A stretch of DNA of 64,000 bases from Heteronotia binoei (taxonomy: Eukaryota), in NCBI RefSeq assembly GCF_032191835.1, contig NC_083224.1:1240001-1304000 (forward strand), written 5' to 3'. The notes below the pieces were generated by a model. It was not told the DNA's origin and ran no database searches. It was given only the letters and a program-made list of their open reading frames with translations. The first letter of the stretch is position 1. Each line of letters starts with the position of its first letter. A program made the position numbers and the translations under genes. Shown here piece by piece: positions 31,125 through 42,719 of this stretch.

Positions 31125-31250
31125 TCTGCCTTATTTAGAGATGCCCCCACAGGCTGCCTTAGCCGCTTCCTCAGGAATGCCTATTAATAGGAGGAGGAAA
31201 GGGGTGGGGGGGCACCTGTTGCCATCCGTCAAGGCCCTCCCACCTGCAGT
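31125..31250. promoter_or_regulatory. Candidate muscle enhancer upstream of TNNC2
   Basis: Consensus MEF2 site CTATTAATAG (31181-31190) within the palindrome CCTATTAATAGG, plus CACCTG E-boxes at 31213 and 31241. Confidence 0.55.
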
Positions 31251-31650
31251 TGGGGGCTGCCACCACCCCACTCCTCCCCCCTCCCCCCACGTCCTTCCTG
31301 GCTTCGCTCCTGCGGCTGGCCAGGGTGTCTCCTGGGGGGGAAAGGTACTCCCTCCCCACGAGCCAGGCTCCACTCCGAGGAAACGGGATCCTCCTGTCAA
31401 CAAGCTCCCCCAACCGGCGCAGGTCCCAAAGAAAGGGGCTCGAGTGGAGGGAGCTGTGAGGGTGGGGACAGAAGACGGTGCCTGTCCTCCCCCCAGCCCC
31501 TCAGGAGGGCAAGCTGGCACCAAGGAGCCAGTGTGGGATGATTAGGTGCCATGGCCTCTAATCCGGACGGCCAGCTTCGAGTTCCCGGTTATAAGGGCCA
31601 AATAGGGGGTGATGGGAAAGCCAGCTTCGATTCCCCACATCCTCCCAGGA

Positions 31651-32315
31651 GAGCCAGTTTGGTGTAGTGGTGAAGTGTGTGCGGACTCTTATCTGGGAGA
31701 ACCGGGTTTGATTCCCCACTCCTCCACTTGCACCTGCTGGAATGGCCTTGGGTCAGCCAGAGCTCTCTTATCTGGGAGAACCGGGTTTGATTCCCCACTC
31801 CTCCACTTGCACCTGCTAGCATGGCCTTGGGTCAGCTATAGGCCTGGCAGAGGTTGTCCTTGAAAGGGCAGCTGCTGTGAGAGCCGTCTCAGCCCCACCC
31901 ACCTCACAGGGTGTCTATTGTAGGGGAGGAAGGGAGAGGAGATTGTGAGCCACTCTGAGACTCTTCGGAGTGGAGGGTGGGATATAAATCCAATATCTTC
32001 ATCTACCTCACAGGGTATCTGTTGTGGGGGAGGAAGGGAAAGGAGATTGTGAGCCGCTCTGAGACTCTTGGGAGTGGAGGGCAGGATATAAATCCAATAT
32101 CTTCTTCTACCTCACAGGGTGTCTGTTGTGGGGGAGGAAGGGAAAGGAGATTGTGAGCCGCTCTGAGACTCGTTGGAGTGGAGGGTGGGATATAAATCCA
32201 ATATCTTCATCTACCTCACAGGATGTCTGTTGGGGGGGGGGGAAGGGAAAGGAGATTGTGAGCCGCTCTGAGACGCTTCAGAATGGAGGGCGGGATATAA
32301 ATCCAATATCTTCTC
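31651..32315 (+). repeat. CORE-SINE with 2 head units and about 4 tail units
   Basis: Same 79-bp and 104-bp units as at 28258-29690. Confidence 0.9.
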
Positions 32316-32749
32316 CTCCTCCTCAAGAAGCCGGCTGGGTGACCTTGGGCCTGACTGAATTTGCAGGACCTTGGGCTCGTCCAAGCTCTTTCGGCCCAAC
32401 CTCACCGGGTGCCTGTTGTGGAGCAGAAGCGAAAGGAGACTGGAAGCCACTCTAAGACTCCCAGGGAAGGGGACAGAGCCCAGCTCTCCTTCTTCTCGGG
32501 CAGCCCCTACTCTGTGCTCCAAGAAGTGGGGTGTTGAGGGCCCCACCCCAGAGACAGCAGCTTTGTCTCGCTCCTATTTTAAACTCTCGGCCTGCTGGCT
32601 GGTGACAGCTGCCCGTCCCGGCGAGAAGCCCACCCTCTCTCTGTTGCCATCCTCTCTGGAGGTCTTGAGTTTCTCGCTTGGCCTTTCTCATTCCACGCCC
32701 CACCCACCCCCCCGGCCGGAAATCCTTGTGGTTGCAATCCCCTGCCAGG

Positions 32750-32967
32750 TGTGGCCTGGCTAAATTTGGTAAAATGCCCCCTTGACCAATGGCGAGGCCA
32801 GAGAGGCGGCGATTGGCCCTTTGGAGAGCGGCCTCCCTTGATGTCCACCCGGCATACAAATTGGAGAGCCAGGAGCTGCGGAGAATCTTTTGGCATCCCC
32901 CAGGAGGACCGGAGTGGGCCGCGGCCAGCCTTTGTCTGCGGGTCGCTGCGAGCTGCTCCCTGCCAAC
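32750..32967 (+). promoter_or_regulatory. TNNC2: TNNC2 core promoter and 5' UTR
   Basis: CCAAT at about 32786, ATTGG at about 32812, TATA-like CATACAAAT at 32853-32861, about 110 nt before the ATG. Confidence 0.6.
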
Positions 32968-32970
32968 ATG
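32968..32970 (+). CDS. TNNC2: TNNC2 exon 1 coding part (ATG only)
   Basis: GCCAACATG|GTAAGC gives Kozak context plus a strong donor; an ATG-only first exon is typical of TNNC2. Confidence 0.8.
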
Positions 32971-35900
32971 GTAAGCGGGACGGGGGATGCTGAAGATCTT
33001 GTTACACTCTGGAGAGGGGAGCAGGGGACGGCCTGCTCTGGAGGTGCCAAACCGGGCCGTGGCACGTGGGCAGGCAGCGAGAGGGATGGAGCAGCACTGC
33101 GTCAGACGGGACAGGCCAGCCCCAGAATTGGCACGGCAAAAAAACAGCAACCCCAAGCGGGAACGCGTGCTGTTCCGGTCCAGGCACTTCTGGGAGGACA
33201 CAAGGCCGGCGCGACTCTTGGCAGAGGCCGCTGGTGGCCTGAGCGAGACAATGCTGCTACTCGCGAGAAAGAGAGTTTGGCCTGCAGGCAGCCTTTCTCC
33301 AGGAGAGCTCTGGAGAGGAGTTTAGAAAGGACTCCAGGGATGTAGAGAAGGCGATGGGCGGGGGGGAGAAGATGCAGCTTCTGCTGGGCCCATTTGGCAG
33401 CAATCTCCTGTGGGGGGGGGGGGAGGGAAATCTTTGTTAAGTTGACCTTTAGGACAGTGGGTGCCAGGCTGGGATGAGGAACTCTTCGGGATGGAGGCGC
33501 TGGCCTGGGCCGGAGCCCAGCCATGGAGGTGGAAGGGCTGTGCAGAAAGCTGAGCCCCTGGTCACAAGAATTCCCTGGGCAGCCTTCCCAGCCTCTGGCC
33601 TCCCCACCCCCACTCCAAGGGGTAACTCAATCCGAGAGCGACAGGTGCTGGGACAGCTGGCGGCCAGCCACTGAGCACCCTACAAGGAGGATGCGGGCGC
33701 CCCGCTAAGAATAGCCCAGGACCAAGACGGTTCCCGTACAGACTCCCGAGAGCTCCACCGCCGGGGACGGAAAAGCTGGGCGAGCAAAGGCATCCAGGGG
33801 AAAGAGAAAGAGAAGCCCCTGGGAACTGGACCACGAAGGGCAAAGGAGGATCATGGCACCTGGGATCGGCGGGACAAGGGTGGCCTGCGTGCCCCCTCCC
33901 CCGCCTGGAGCTTCTGGCTCCCGGGAAAGGCTGCCCAGCGTGTCTTCCCCATTCCTGTCTTCTGGAGGAGCTGCTCAGCAAGAAACCTGAGGAGGGTCTG
34001 TGGCTCAGCGGCAGGGCACTTGCTGAGCAGGCAGAAGCCTCCCCGGTTATAAGGGCCAAGTAGGGGGTGATGGGAAAGACCTTTCTCTGCCTGACACTCC
34101 GGAGAGCCACTGACAGCCGGAGCAGACAAGACCGACCATGGGAGAAAAGGTAGAAGGCCGCTTTGTGCGTTACGGGGAGTTTTCCAGGCCTGCCACAAGA
34201 GATGCGGGAAGGAGGTTCAGTGCCTCAGGTTGCAGACAGCCAGTCTGGGGCAGTGGTTCAGAGCAGCAGTCTAATCCGGAGAGCCGAGTTTGATTCCCCG
34301 CTCCTCCTCCACATGCAGCCAGCTGGGGGACCTTACCAGTCACAGTTCTCTCAAGAGCAGTTCTGAGAGAGCTCTCTCAGCCCCCCCTTCCTTACAGGGC
34401 ATCTGCTGTGAGGAGTGGAAGGAAAGGAGACAGTGGAAGGAGAGGCACGGGGGCTCATGGTAGAGCTTGGTAAGCAGACGGTCCCAGGTTCAATCGCATC
34501 TCCAACAAAAAAGGGTCCAGGCAAGTAGGCGTGAAAAACCTCAGCTGGAGACCCTGGAGAGCCGCTACCAGTCTGAGTAGACAAGACTGACTTTGATGGA
34601 CCCAGGGGGGTCTGATTCAGTAGAAGGCAGCTTCATACGTTCATATATGTTGGGGAGCAATGGCAGCTCAATGGTAGAGCATCTGCTGGGTAAGCAGAAG
34701 GTCCCAGGTTCAATCCCCGGCATCTCCAACTAAAAAGGGTCCAGGCAAGTAGGCATGAAAAACCTCAGTTTGAGACCCTAGAGAGCAGGGAAGAGATGGT
34801 GACTCAGCGGTAGAGCATCTGCTTGGTAAGCAGGTCCCAGGTTCAATCCCCGGCATCTCCAACTAAAAAGGGTCCAGGCAAGTAGGCGTGAAAAACCTCA
34901 GCTGGAGACCCGGGAGAGCCACTGCCAGTCTGAGTAGACAAGACTGACTTTGAGGGACCCAGGAGGGTCTGATTCAGTAGAAGGCAGCTTCATATGAGAC
35001 TGTTTGTCACGCCGTGACACCAAGTGAAGGGCAGGGTATAAATCCAATCTCTTCTTCTCCTCCACCACACACCCCTTGCAAGTCCAGGGACCCATTCTGT
35101 TCCACCAGAGCTGCCTCACCCCCCTCTTAAGTTCTGATTCAGGGTTAGGGAATTATTGAAGATTTGGGGGTGGCACTTGGGAAGAGTGGGGTACAAGGCC
35201 AAAGAACCCACGCTCCACAGCGGCCATGTTCCCCACGGGAACTGACTGCCGTAGACTGGAGATGGCCTGCAATTCTGAAGATCCTGTGAATTGAAGGGGG
35301 GGGGGTGTTTGTGGGTTTCCTGCACTGTGCAGGGGGTTGGACTAGATGACCCTGGAGGTCCCTTCCAACTCTATGATTCTATAACCCCACCTGGAAGCCC
35401 ATGGCCCTTCCTGCATCGGGTACCAGGGCAGGGGGAAAAGGAAGGAAGGCCCTGATCCGCTGCATCCTCGTGCAGCATCTGTGAGAACTCTCAGCCCCAC
35501 CCACCTCACAACCTGGGTGTCTGTTGTGGGGGGGAGAAGATATAGGAGATTGTGAGCCACTGAGATTCTGATTCAGAGAGAAGGGTGTGGTATAAATCTT
35601 TGGTCGTCTTCTCCACTTGTACCTGCTGGAATGGCCTTTTGTCAACTGTAGCTCTGGAAGGAGTTGTCCTTGAAAGGGCACCTTCTGTCAGAGCTCTCTC
35701 AGCCCCACCCACATCACAGGGTGTCTGTTGTGGGGGAAGAAGACAAAGGAAATTGCAAGCCGCTCTGAGCCTCTGATTCAGGGAGAAAGGCGGGGTATAA
35801 ATCTGCGATTCTTCTTTATGCAGGAAGAGGAAAGGGGCACGGAGGCGAAGGGTCTGTAGGCAGCCTTGCTTTGTGGTCATCGCTGGGGAGGGGGAGGGAA

Positions 35901-38900
35901 ATCTGGGGCTGGAGCAAGACCTGGGAGATGCCTCTAGCTTCTCTTCCCATGCAAAAGTCACGGGGATTAGCTGGGACCTCCGGGGCTGGAACGGACGGTG
36001 TGGGGCAGAGCTCATTCGGGCCTGGGTGTGACCCTCCTTTGCTTGTCTTGCAGACGGACCAGCAGGCGGAAGCCCGGTCCTTCCTCACAGAGGAAATGAT
36101 TGCCGGTGAGTTGGGAGGGGGTGCGTGTGACATCATCGCCCCAGATCTCTGGGTCGAAGGGGAAGTGGAGCAGTTGAGACACCCCGCCCCAGCCCCACCT
36201 GGCCGGGGCTGACCTGCTAGAGGAGGGCTCCCCAAACAGAGCTCACCCAGCTGCCCCTTAGCAGCCCAGCCCCACAAGCACCCTTGAACTACTGCTGGTC
36301 TACAGAAGCCGGGCAGCTGCCAGTGCCTGGGTTCTGCGTGTGTGCCAGCTGCCTGCCCTGCTTGGGCATTGACTGGTTGCCAGGCCCAGGGTGGGAACTC
36401 CTAGAGATTAGGGTCTGGGGAGGACAGGGGCCTTGGGGGAGGGGGAGTTACAATGCCACAAAACCCACCCTTCAAAGCATCCATTTTTCCTAAGAAGGAC
36501 CGATTCCTGTTGTCTGGGAGAGGAGCTATAATTCCTACACGGAGGGACGGTGGCTCAGTGGTGGAGCATCTGCTTGGTAAGCAGAAGGTCCCAGGTTCAA
36601 TCCCCGGCATCTCCAACTAAAAAGGGTCCAGGCAAAGAGGCGTGAAAAACCTCAGCTGGAGACCCTGGAGAGCCGCTGCCAGTCTGAGTAGACAAGACTG
36701 ACTTTAGGGATGGATGGTGGCTCAGTGGTAAAGCATCTGCTTGGTGAGCAGAAGGTCCCAGGTTCAATCCCCGGCATCTCCAACTAAAAAGGGTCCAGGC
36801 AAATAGGTGTGAAAAACCTCAGCTTGAGACCCGGGAGAGCCGCTGCCAGTCTGAGTAGACAAGACTGACTTTGATGGGCCCAGGGAGGTCTGGTTCAGTA
36901 GAAGGCAGCTTCAGATATTCATATGTCCAGGGTTCCTCCTAGGCCCTATGCAGGATGTGGCATAGGGCCACCACTGACGGCTGCTCCTTGCCAGGCCACT
37001 GGCCGTTTAGAAGCATTTCTTCCTTAATGGGTATAAAGAGCCCTGTGGCGCAGAGGGGTCAAGCTACAGTCCTGCAGTTGGAGCCCTCTGCTCATGACCT
37101 GAGTTCGATCCCGTCAGAAGCTGGATTCAGGTAGCCGGCTCGAGGTTGACTCAGCCTTCCATCCTTCCGAGGTCGGTCAAAGGAGTCCCCAGCTTGCTGG
37201 GCGGAAAGTGTAGAGGACTGGGGAAGGCCAGGGCAAACTACCCCGTAAAAAAGTCTGCCATGAAAACGTCGTGAAAGCAGCGTCACCCCAGAGTCGGAAA
37301 CGACTGGTGCTTGCACAGGGGACTACCTTGACCTTTCAGAGCCCCGTGGCGCAGAGTGGTAAAGCTGCAGTACTGCAGTCCAAGCTCTGCTCACAACCTG
37401 AGTTCAGGTAGCCAGCTCAAGGTTGACTCAGCCTTCCGAGGTCGGTCAAATGAGGACCCAGCTTGCAGGGGGGGGAAGCATAGATGACTGGGGAAGGCAA
37501 TGGCAAACCACCCCGTAAAAAGTCTGCAGTGAAAACGTTGTGAAAGCAACGTCACCCCAGTGTCGGAAACGACTGGGGCTTGCACAGGGGACTCCCTTTA
37601 CCTTCCTTAAGGGATGCGATTGGGCTGCTTGGTCTGCTCCACTCCCCACCCCCCTTTCCCGGGTAACTCCGCACTTCCTCTCCTGCAGAGTTCAAAGCCG
37701 CCTTCGACATGTTTGACGCTGATGGTGGCGGGGACATCAGCACCAAGGAGCTGGGTACCGTCATGAGGATGCTGGGCCAGACGCCCACCAAAGAGGAGCT
37801 GGACGCCATCATAGAGGAGGTGGACGAGGATGGTGAGGAGCTGCGGTGATGGGGGGGGGGGGCCGGGAGGGAGGAAGCCGCAGGAGCGGGTGGGGAGAGG
37901 GCAGTGCCCTGACCCCGGCCTGGCCTCTCTCCGCAGGCAGCGGCACCATCGACTTTGAAGAGTTCTTGGTCATGATGGTGCGCCAGATGAAAGAGGACGC
38001 CAAAGGAAAGTCCGAAGAAGAGCTGGCCGAATGCTTCCGCATCTTCGACAGGTGAGGAGAGGCCCCTCCCGTTGGAATGGAAGGATATTTCGAGCACACA
38101 CGCACCCCCCTCGAGGAGGAGGAGACGACGTTCTTCCTCAGGCAGCTGGACGCTCTTTGCTCTAATCCTGGTCTTGGACTTGCAACGCAAGAAGGGCTGG
38201 CCTGTCTCCAGGGATGCCGCTGGGCTCTGCAGCCGGCCTTTATATAGCTTTTGTCCCACCGACAGGAGGAATGCTTGACCTCCCGCCTCTCCCCGCCTGC
38301 TTTCTACCACACAGCAGAGATGGAGTGCAGCCCCTTCCCTGCTAGTGGGGTTGAAAATGTACACTGGTCCCCTTTGCTGAACAGTGGGCTGCTGCCCCCT
38401 GCCAGGCAAGGGTAGGTATGGACAGCCATTTCTGCAGTGCCTCCTCTCTTCCCCCCCTTCCCACGGACGCCTGTCTCAATTCTCCCCTTGGCAGCAGGGC
38501 AGAGAGGGGGCAGAGGGCGCCTCTCCTCAGAGGTTTGGCCTTGACCTCGCCAGGCAGGAGAGGCTGTACGCCAAGAACACAGCAAAGGCAGGCAGGGCTA
38601 CTTGACGACACTCAGGCCCTCTTCTCACATGTTCCAGAGTCTGCCACCGGTCAAGCTGGCAATGCACAACTGCACCTCACATGAAGGAGCCACAGACTTA
38701 GGGACGAAGCCTTAGATCACAAGCAGCCCCCCCACGCCGTTCTGCATGGAGGCCAGAGCATGCTGAAAGGCTGAAGGAGTGGGGCATGTTTAGAAGAAGA
38801 CTGCAGATTTATACCCCGCCCTTTTCTCTGAAAGAGCCCCGTGGCGCAGAGTGGTAAAGCTGCAGTACTGCAGTCCTAAGCTCTGCTCACGACCTGAGTT

Positions 38901-41900
38901 CGATCCCCGGCGGAAGCTGGGTTTTCAGGTAGCCGGCTCGAGGCTGACTCAGCCTTCCGAGGTCGGTCAAATGAGTCCCCAGCTTGCTGGGGGAAAAGCG
39001 TAGATGACTGGGGAAGGCAGTGGCAAACCACCCTGTAAAAAGTCTGCCATGAAAACGTGAAAGCAACGTCACCCCAGAGTCGGAAACAACTCGTGCTTGC
39101 ACAGGGGACCCTTCATTTCCTTCTCTCTGAATCAGAGCGGCTTACAATCTCCATTATCTTCTCCCCACACAAAAGACCCCCCCCTGTGAGGTGGGTGGGG
39201 CTGAGAGTGCTCTCACAGAAGCTGCCCTTTCAAGGACAACCTCTGCCAGAGCTACGGCTGACCCAAGGCCATTTCAGCAGGTGCAAGTGGAGGAGTGGGG
39301 AATCAAAGCCGGTTCTCCCAGATAAGAGTCTGCACACTTAGTGACACCTGGTTAGCCTGGAGAGGAGGCGGCTGAGAGGTGATAGGATCACCATCTTCAA
39401 GTCCTTGAAGGGCTGTCCTAGAGAGGATGGTGTGGAATTGTTTTCTGTGGCCCCAGAAGGGAGGACCAGAACCAACGGGCTGAAATTAAATCAAAAGAGT
39501 TTCTGGCTCAACATTAGCAAGAACTTCCTGACTGTTAAGAGCGGTTCCACAGTGGAACAGGCTTCCTCCTCGGGAGGTGGTGGGCTCTCCTTCCTTGGAG
39601 GTTTTTTAACGGAGGCTGGATGGCCAACTGGCAGCAATGAGGATCCTGTGAATTTAGGGGGAGGGGCTTGTGAGTTTCCTGCATTGTGCAAGGGGCTGGA
39701 CTAGATGACCCTAGAGGTCCCTTCCAACTCTATAATTCTAAGTTCCCACAGGCTTCCTCCTCGGGAGGTGGTGGTCTCTCCTTCCTTGGAGGTTTTTAAG
39801 CAGAGGCTAGATGGCCATCTGACAGCAATGCAGATCTTGTGAATTTAGGGGGAGGGGTTTGTGAGTTCCCTGCATTGTGCAGGGGGTTGGACTAGATGAC
39901 CCTAGAGGTCCCTTCCAACTCTATAATTCTAAGTTCCCACAGGCTTCCTCCTCGGGAGGTGGTGGTCTCTCCTTCCTTGGAGGTTTTTAAGCAGAGGCTG
40001 GATGGCCATCTGACAGCAATGAAGATCTTGTGAATTTAGGGGGAGGGGCTTGTGAGTTTCCTGCATTGTGCAGGGGGTTGGACTAGATGACCCTGGAGAT
40101 CCCTTCCAACTCCTCTATGATTCTACCAGGCTTCCTCCTCAGGAGGTGGTGGGCTCTCCTTCCTTTCTAAACAGAGGCTTGGATGGCCATCTGACAGCAA
40201 TGAAGATCCTGTGAATTTAGGGGGAGGTGTTTGTGAGTTTCCTGCATTGTGCAGGGGTTGGACTAGATGACCCTGGAGGTCCCTTCCAACTCTATAATTC
40301 TAAGTTCCCACAGGCTTCCTCCTCGGGAGGTGGTGGGCTCTCCTTCCTTGGAGGTTTTTAAGCAGAGGCTAGATGGCCACCTGACAGCAATGAGGATCCT
40401 GTGAATTTAGGGGGATGTGTTTGTGAGTTTCCTGCATTGGGCGGGGGGGTTGGACTAGATGACCCTGGAGATCCCTTCCAACTCCTCTATGATTCTAACA
40501 GTCTTCCTCCTTGGGAGGTGGTGGGCTCTCCTTCCTTGAAGGTTTTGAAACAGAGGCTGGATGTCCATCTGACAGCGATGAAGATCCTGTGAATTTAAGG
40601 GGAGGCGTTTGTGAGTTTCCTGCATTGTGCAGGGGGTTGGACTAGATGGCCCTGGGGGGTCCCTGCCTGTTCAGGCTGGACAGACATGCCAAGGGAAAGC
40701 AATACTCCCCTGCTGGCCCAGGCCTGGACGTGCTCAACGGCCCCTCCTAACGCTGTGACCTCTTCTCCCCACTGCCTCACCAGGAACGCAGACGGCTACC
40801 TGGATGCCGAGGAGCTGATTGAGATCTTCCGGGCGTCTGGTGAGACCGTCACCGAGGAGGAGGTCGACTGGCTCATGAAGGATGGAGACAAAAACAACGA
40901 TGGCCGGATTGACTTTGACGGTAGGTGATGGGCTTGGCCCAGTGCCAGTGCTCCGTACCCATCTCGGCACCCAGCCTCACAGCTTAGGGGGCTCTGGGCT
41001 GATGCAAGAGGGCATCTTGGGGGCCCCCAAGGAGAAACAGACGAGGTGCACGACTCCTGGCCCTTTTAGCTGCTGTGAGAAGCCACGGAATACTGCAGAA
41101 ATGTGACTGTCCAGGATGAGTCCCGTGACAGAATACCGAGATGAAGAGACCTAAACTGGTTGACCTCAGCAGATCTTGGCACCTTAGCAGGGTCGACTCT
41201 GGCTAGGACCAATACTCTAAGACGGGGGTGTCGAACTCTTTTGTTGGGAGAGCCAGATCCGACACAAAAGAGAGCCTGCTGGGCCAGGCCATGTCAGGTT
41301 GGGCCGAGCCATGTTGAGGCGGGGCCATCCGTGTACCTATTTAAGACTAGGTAGCAGAGACACAAACTTTATAAAGGACACAAACACAATTTTAAAAATC
41401 TTAAAACGATAGTATTCGTTGGTCTGAAAGATGCTTTCTTTGTATCTCTCCCACGGGACCCAGAGAACTGGGCAAAGGAAGCTCTGGCTCTTTCCTTCCT
41501 TCCCCAGGAGAGGGAAGGAGCCTCAGCCAATAGAAAGGAGAAGCTTGGCTTAGTAGCTCTGCTGTGCAATCGATGAAGCCTGGCAAAGCAAGCTGTTATG
41601 CAGAAGGAAGCAAGATACAGGGAGAAGGAAGCAGATGACAGCCAGTTGCTCAGAGGCCGGATAGGGGCCTGATTCGGCTCCTGGACCGCATGTTTGACAC
41701 CCTTGCTCTTAGAGTCTTGTGAGCAAAAATTCTACTTTGTGAGCTCCTGGCATCAAAGTTGTGAGCTGCTGCATAAATCAGTGTGCTCTGGGATCATCCT
41801 TCCTGAGCTAAAACAAAAAATGTGTGAGCCGGAGGCTAAAAAACCGGTGAGCCGGCTCACGCTAACTCAGCTTAAAGGGAACGCTGGTTAGAACGTGGAC

Positions 41901-42250
41901 GAGACCACTGAGGAACCCCAAAGTTGCTGTGCAAAGGCAGGCAAGGGAAAACCACCTCTGCTTATCTCTTTGCTTGGAAACCCGACAGGGGTCCCCGTAA
42001 CTCAGCTGCGGTATGACGGGACTTTCCATCCAACGTCACAGAATCGAAATCTAATTTACCCCCATCAGTTCCTGTGCCCCCAGGGCTTTGTGGGGGCTCA
42101 GAGCACAACACCCATGCCCGCTTGTTCAGGTGCCCCGAGGTCACTTGGGGGGTGGGGGAGTGAGGGTGCTGGTGCCAACCCTGTCCTGGAACTCACCCCC
42201 GCTTCTTTCTCTCAACAGAGTTCCTGAAGATGATGGAGGGTGTGCAGTAA
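32968..42250 (+). CDS. TNNC2: Troponin C, fast skeletal muscle (6 exons, 160 aa, four EF-hands)
   Basis: Exons 32968-32970 (ATG only), 36054-36105, 37689-37832, 37937-38051, 40784-40920, 42219-42250. Translation [36 protein letters not shown]...[12 protein letters not shown]. Confidence 0.97.
33600..33720. promoter_or_regulatory. Candidate TNNC2 intron 1 muscle enhancer
   Basis: CCCACCCC box at about 33603, E-boxes CAGGTG (33642) and CAGCTG (33654), MEF2-like CTAAGAATAG (33705-33714). Confidence 0.45.
34445..34995 (+). mobile_element. tRNA-head SINE cluster (3 heads, TNNC2 intron 1)
   Basis: CCCAGGTTCAATC...CATCTCCAAC occurs three times, with two tails. Confidence 0.85.
36054..36105 (+). 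CDS. TNNC2: TNNC2 exon 2
   Basis: [17 protein letters not shown]; CAG/GTGAGT. Confidence 0.96.
36541..36920 (+). mobile_element. tRNA-head SINE dimer (TNNC2 intron 2)
   Basis: Two heads plus a tail. Confidence 0.85.
37038..37605 (+). mobile_element. Two adjacent Meta-domain SINEs
   Basis: Head-to-tail copies at 37038 and 37339. Confidence 0.8.
37689..37832 (+). CDS. TNNC2: TNNC2 exon 3
   Basis: [23 protein letters not shown]...VDEDG. Confidence 0.97.
37937..38051 (+). CDS. TNNC2: TNNC2 exon 4
   Basis: [38 protein letters not shown]. Confidence 0.97.
39350..40650 (+). repeat. CR1 ORF2 end followed by about 6 tandem 185-bp 3'-end units (TNNC2 intron 4)
   Basis: [24 protein letters not shown]..., then repeated CAGGCTTCCTCCTCGGGAGGTGGTG...GGACTAGATGACCCT...CCAACTCTAT(G/A)ATTCTA. 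Confidence 0.9.
40784..40920 (+). CDS. TNNC2: TNNC2 exon 5
   Basis: [45 protein letters not shown]. Confidence 0.97.
41223..41705. mobile_element. hAT-type MITE with 14-bp TIRs and 8-bp TSD
   Basis: Left CGGGGGTGTCGAAC, right GTTTGACACCCTTG. Flanks CTCTAAGA (41215-41222) and CTCTTAGA (41706-41713) match at 7/8. Confidence 0.8.
42219..42250 (+). CDS. TNNC2: TNNC2 exon 6
   Basis: [13 protein letters not shown]. Confidence 0.96.
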
Positions 42251-42453
42251 AGCGCCCGGACATTCCTGCAATGGTGGCGGCAGCAGCCGGCTAGGCTGGG
42301 CCTCTCTTGCCCCTGTGCCAGCCCCCTTGCCTCGCCTCGCCAGCCCGCCCCCCAGAGTCCCTGCTTCGGTTCCAGCTTGCTCCAGATTGGAGACTCCACT
42401 TCAGCTCCTGTGAGGATTTCCTTCCTCCCGCAAATCGGTTTATCAACAACTTC

Positions 42454-42459
42454 AATAAA
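42454..42459 (+). terminator. TNNC2: TNNC2 polyadenylation signal
   Basis: AATAAA about 200 nt after TAA. Confidence 0.8.
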
Positions 42460-42719
42460 GAGCAAAGGACTGGAACGCAGGCTGCGGCGGCGACACTGTT
42501 TTCGAGGGGGGCGGGATGCAAATGCAGCACCCCTGTGCCCAGGGGGTGGGGAGCGGAGCTGCTACGGCTTTGCTTTTGGGCTACCCTCAAGGAAATCTCT
42601 GCCTCCACAGAAGCCAGCTAAACAAACAGAATCCTTTGCGGGTGGGGGGAACCAGGCTTTTGCATGTGAGAGCGGACCCCTGGCCACGGTGCGTTTGATG
42701 TGTTCAATTAGTGCGTCCA

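Noticed and set aside
36541-36620. tRNA gene-like cloverleaf (TCTGC-TTGGTAA-GCAGA arm, A/B boxes), also at 11880, 26310, 26450 and 34660
   Set aside because: Acceptor and T stems are broken, the anticodon varies between copies (GGT/GGG/AGG), and each continues into a common SINE body and tail.
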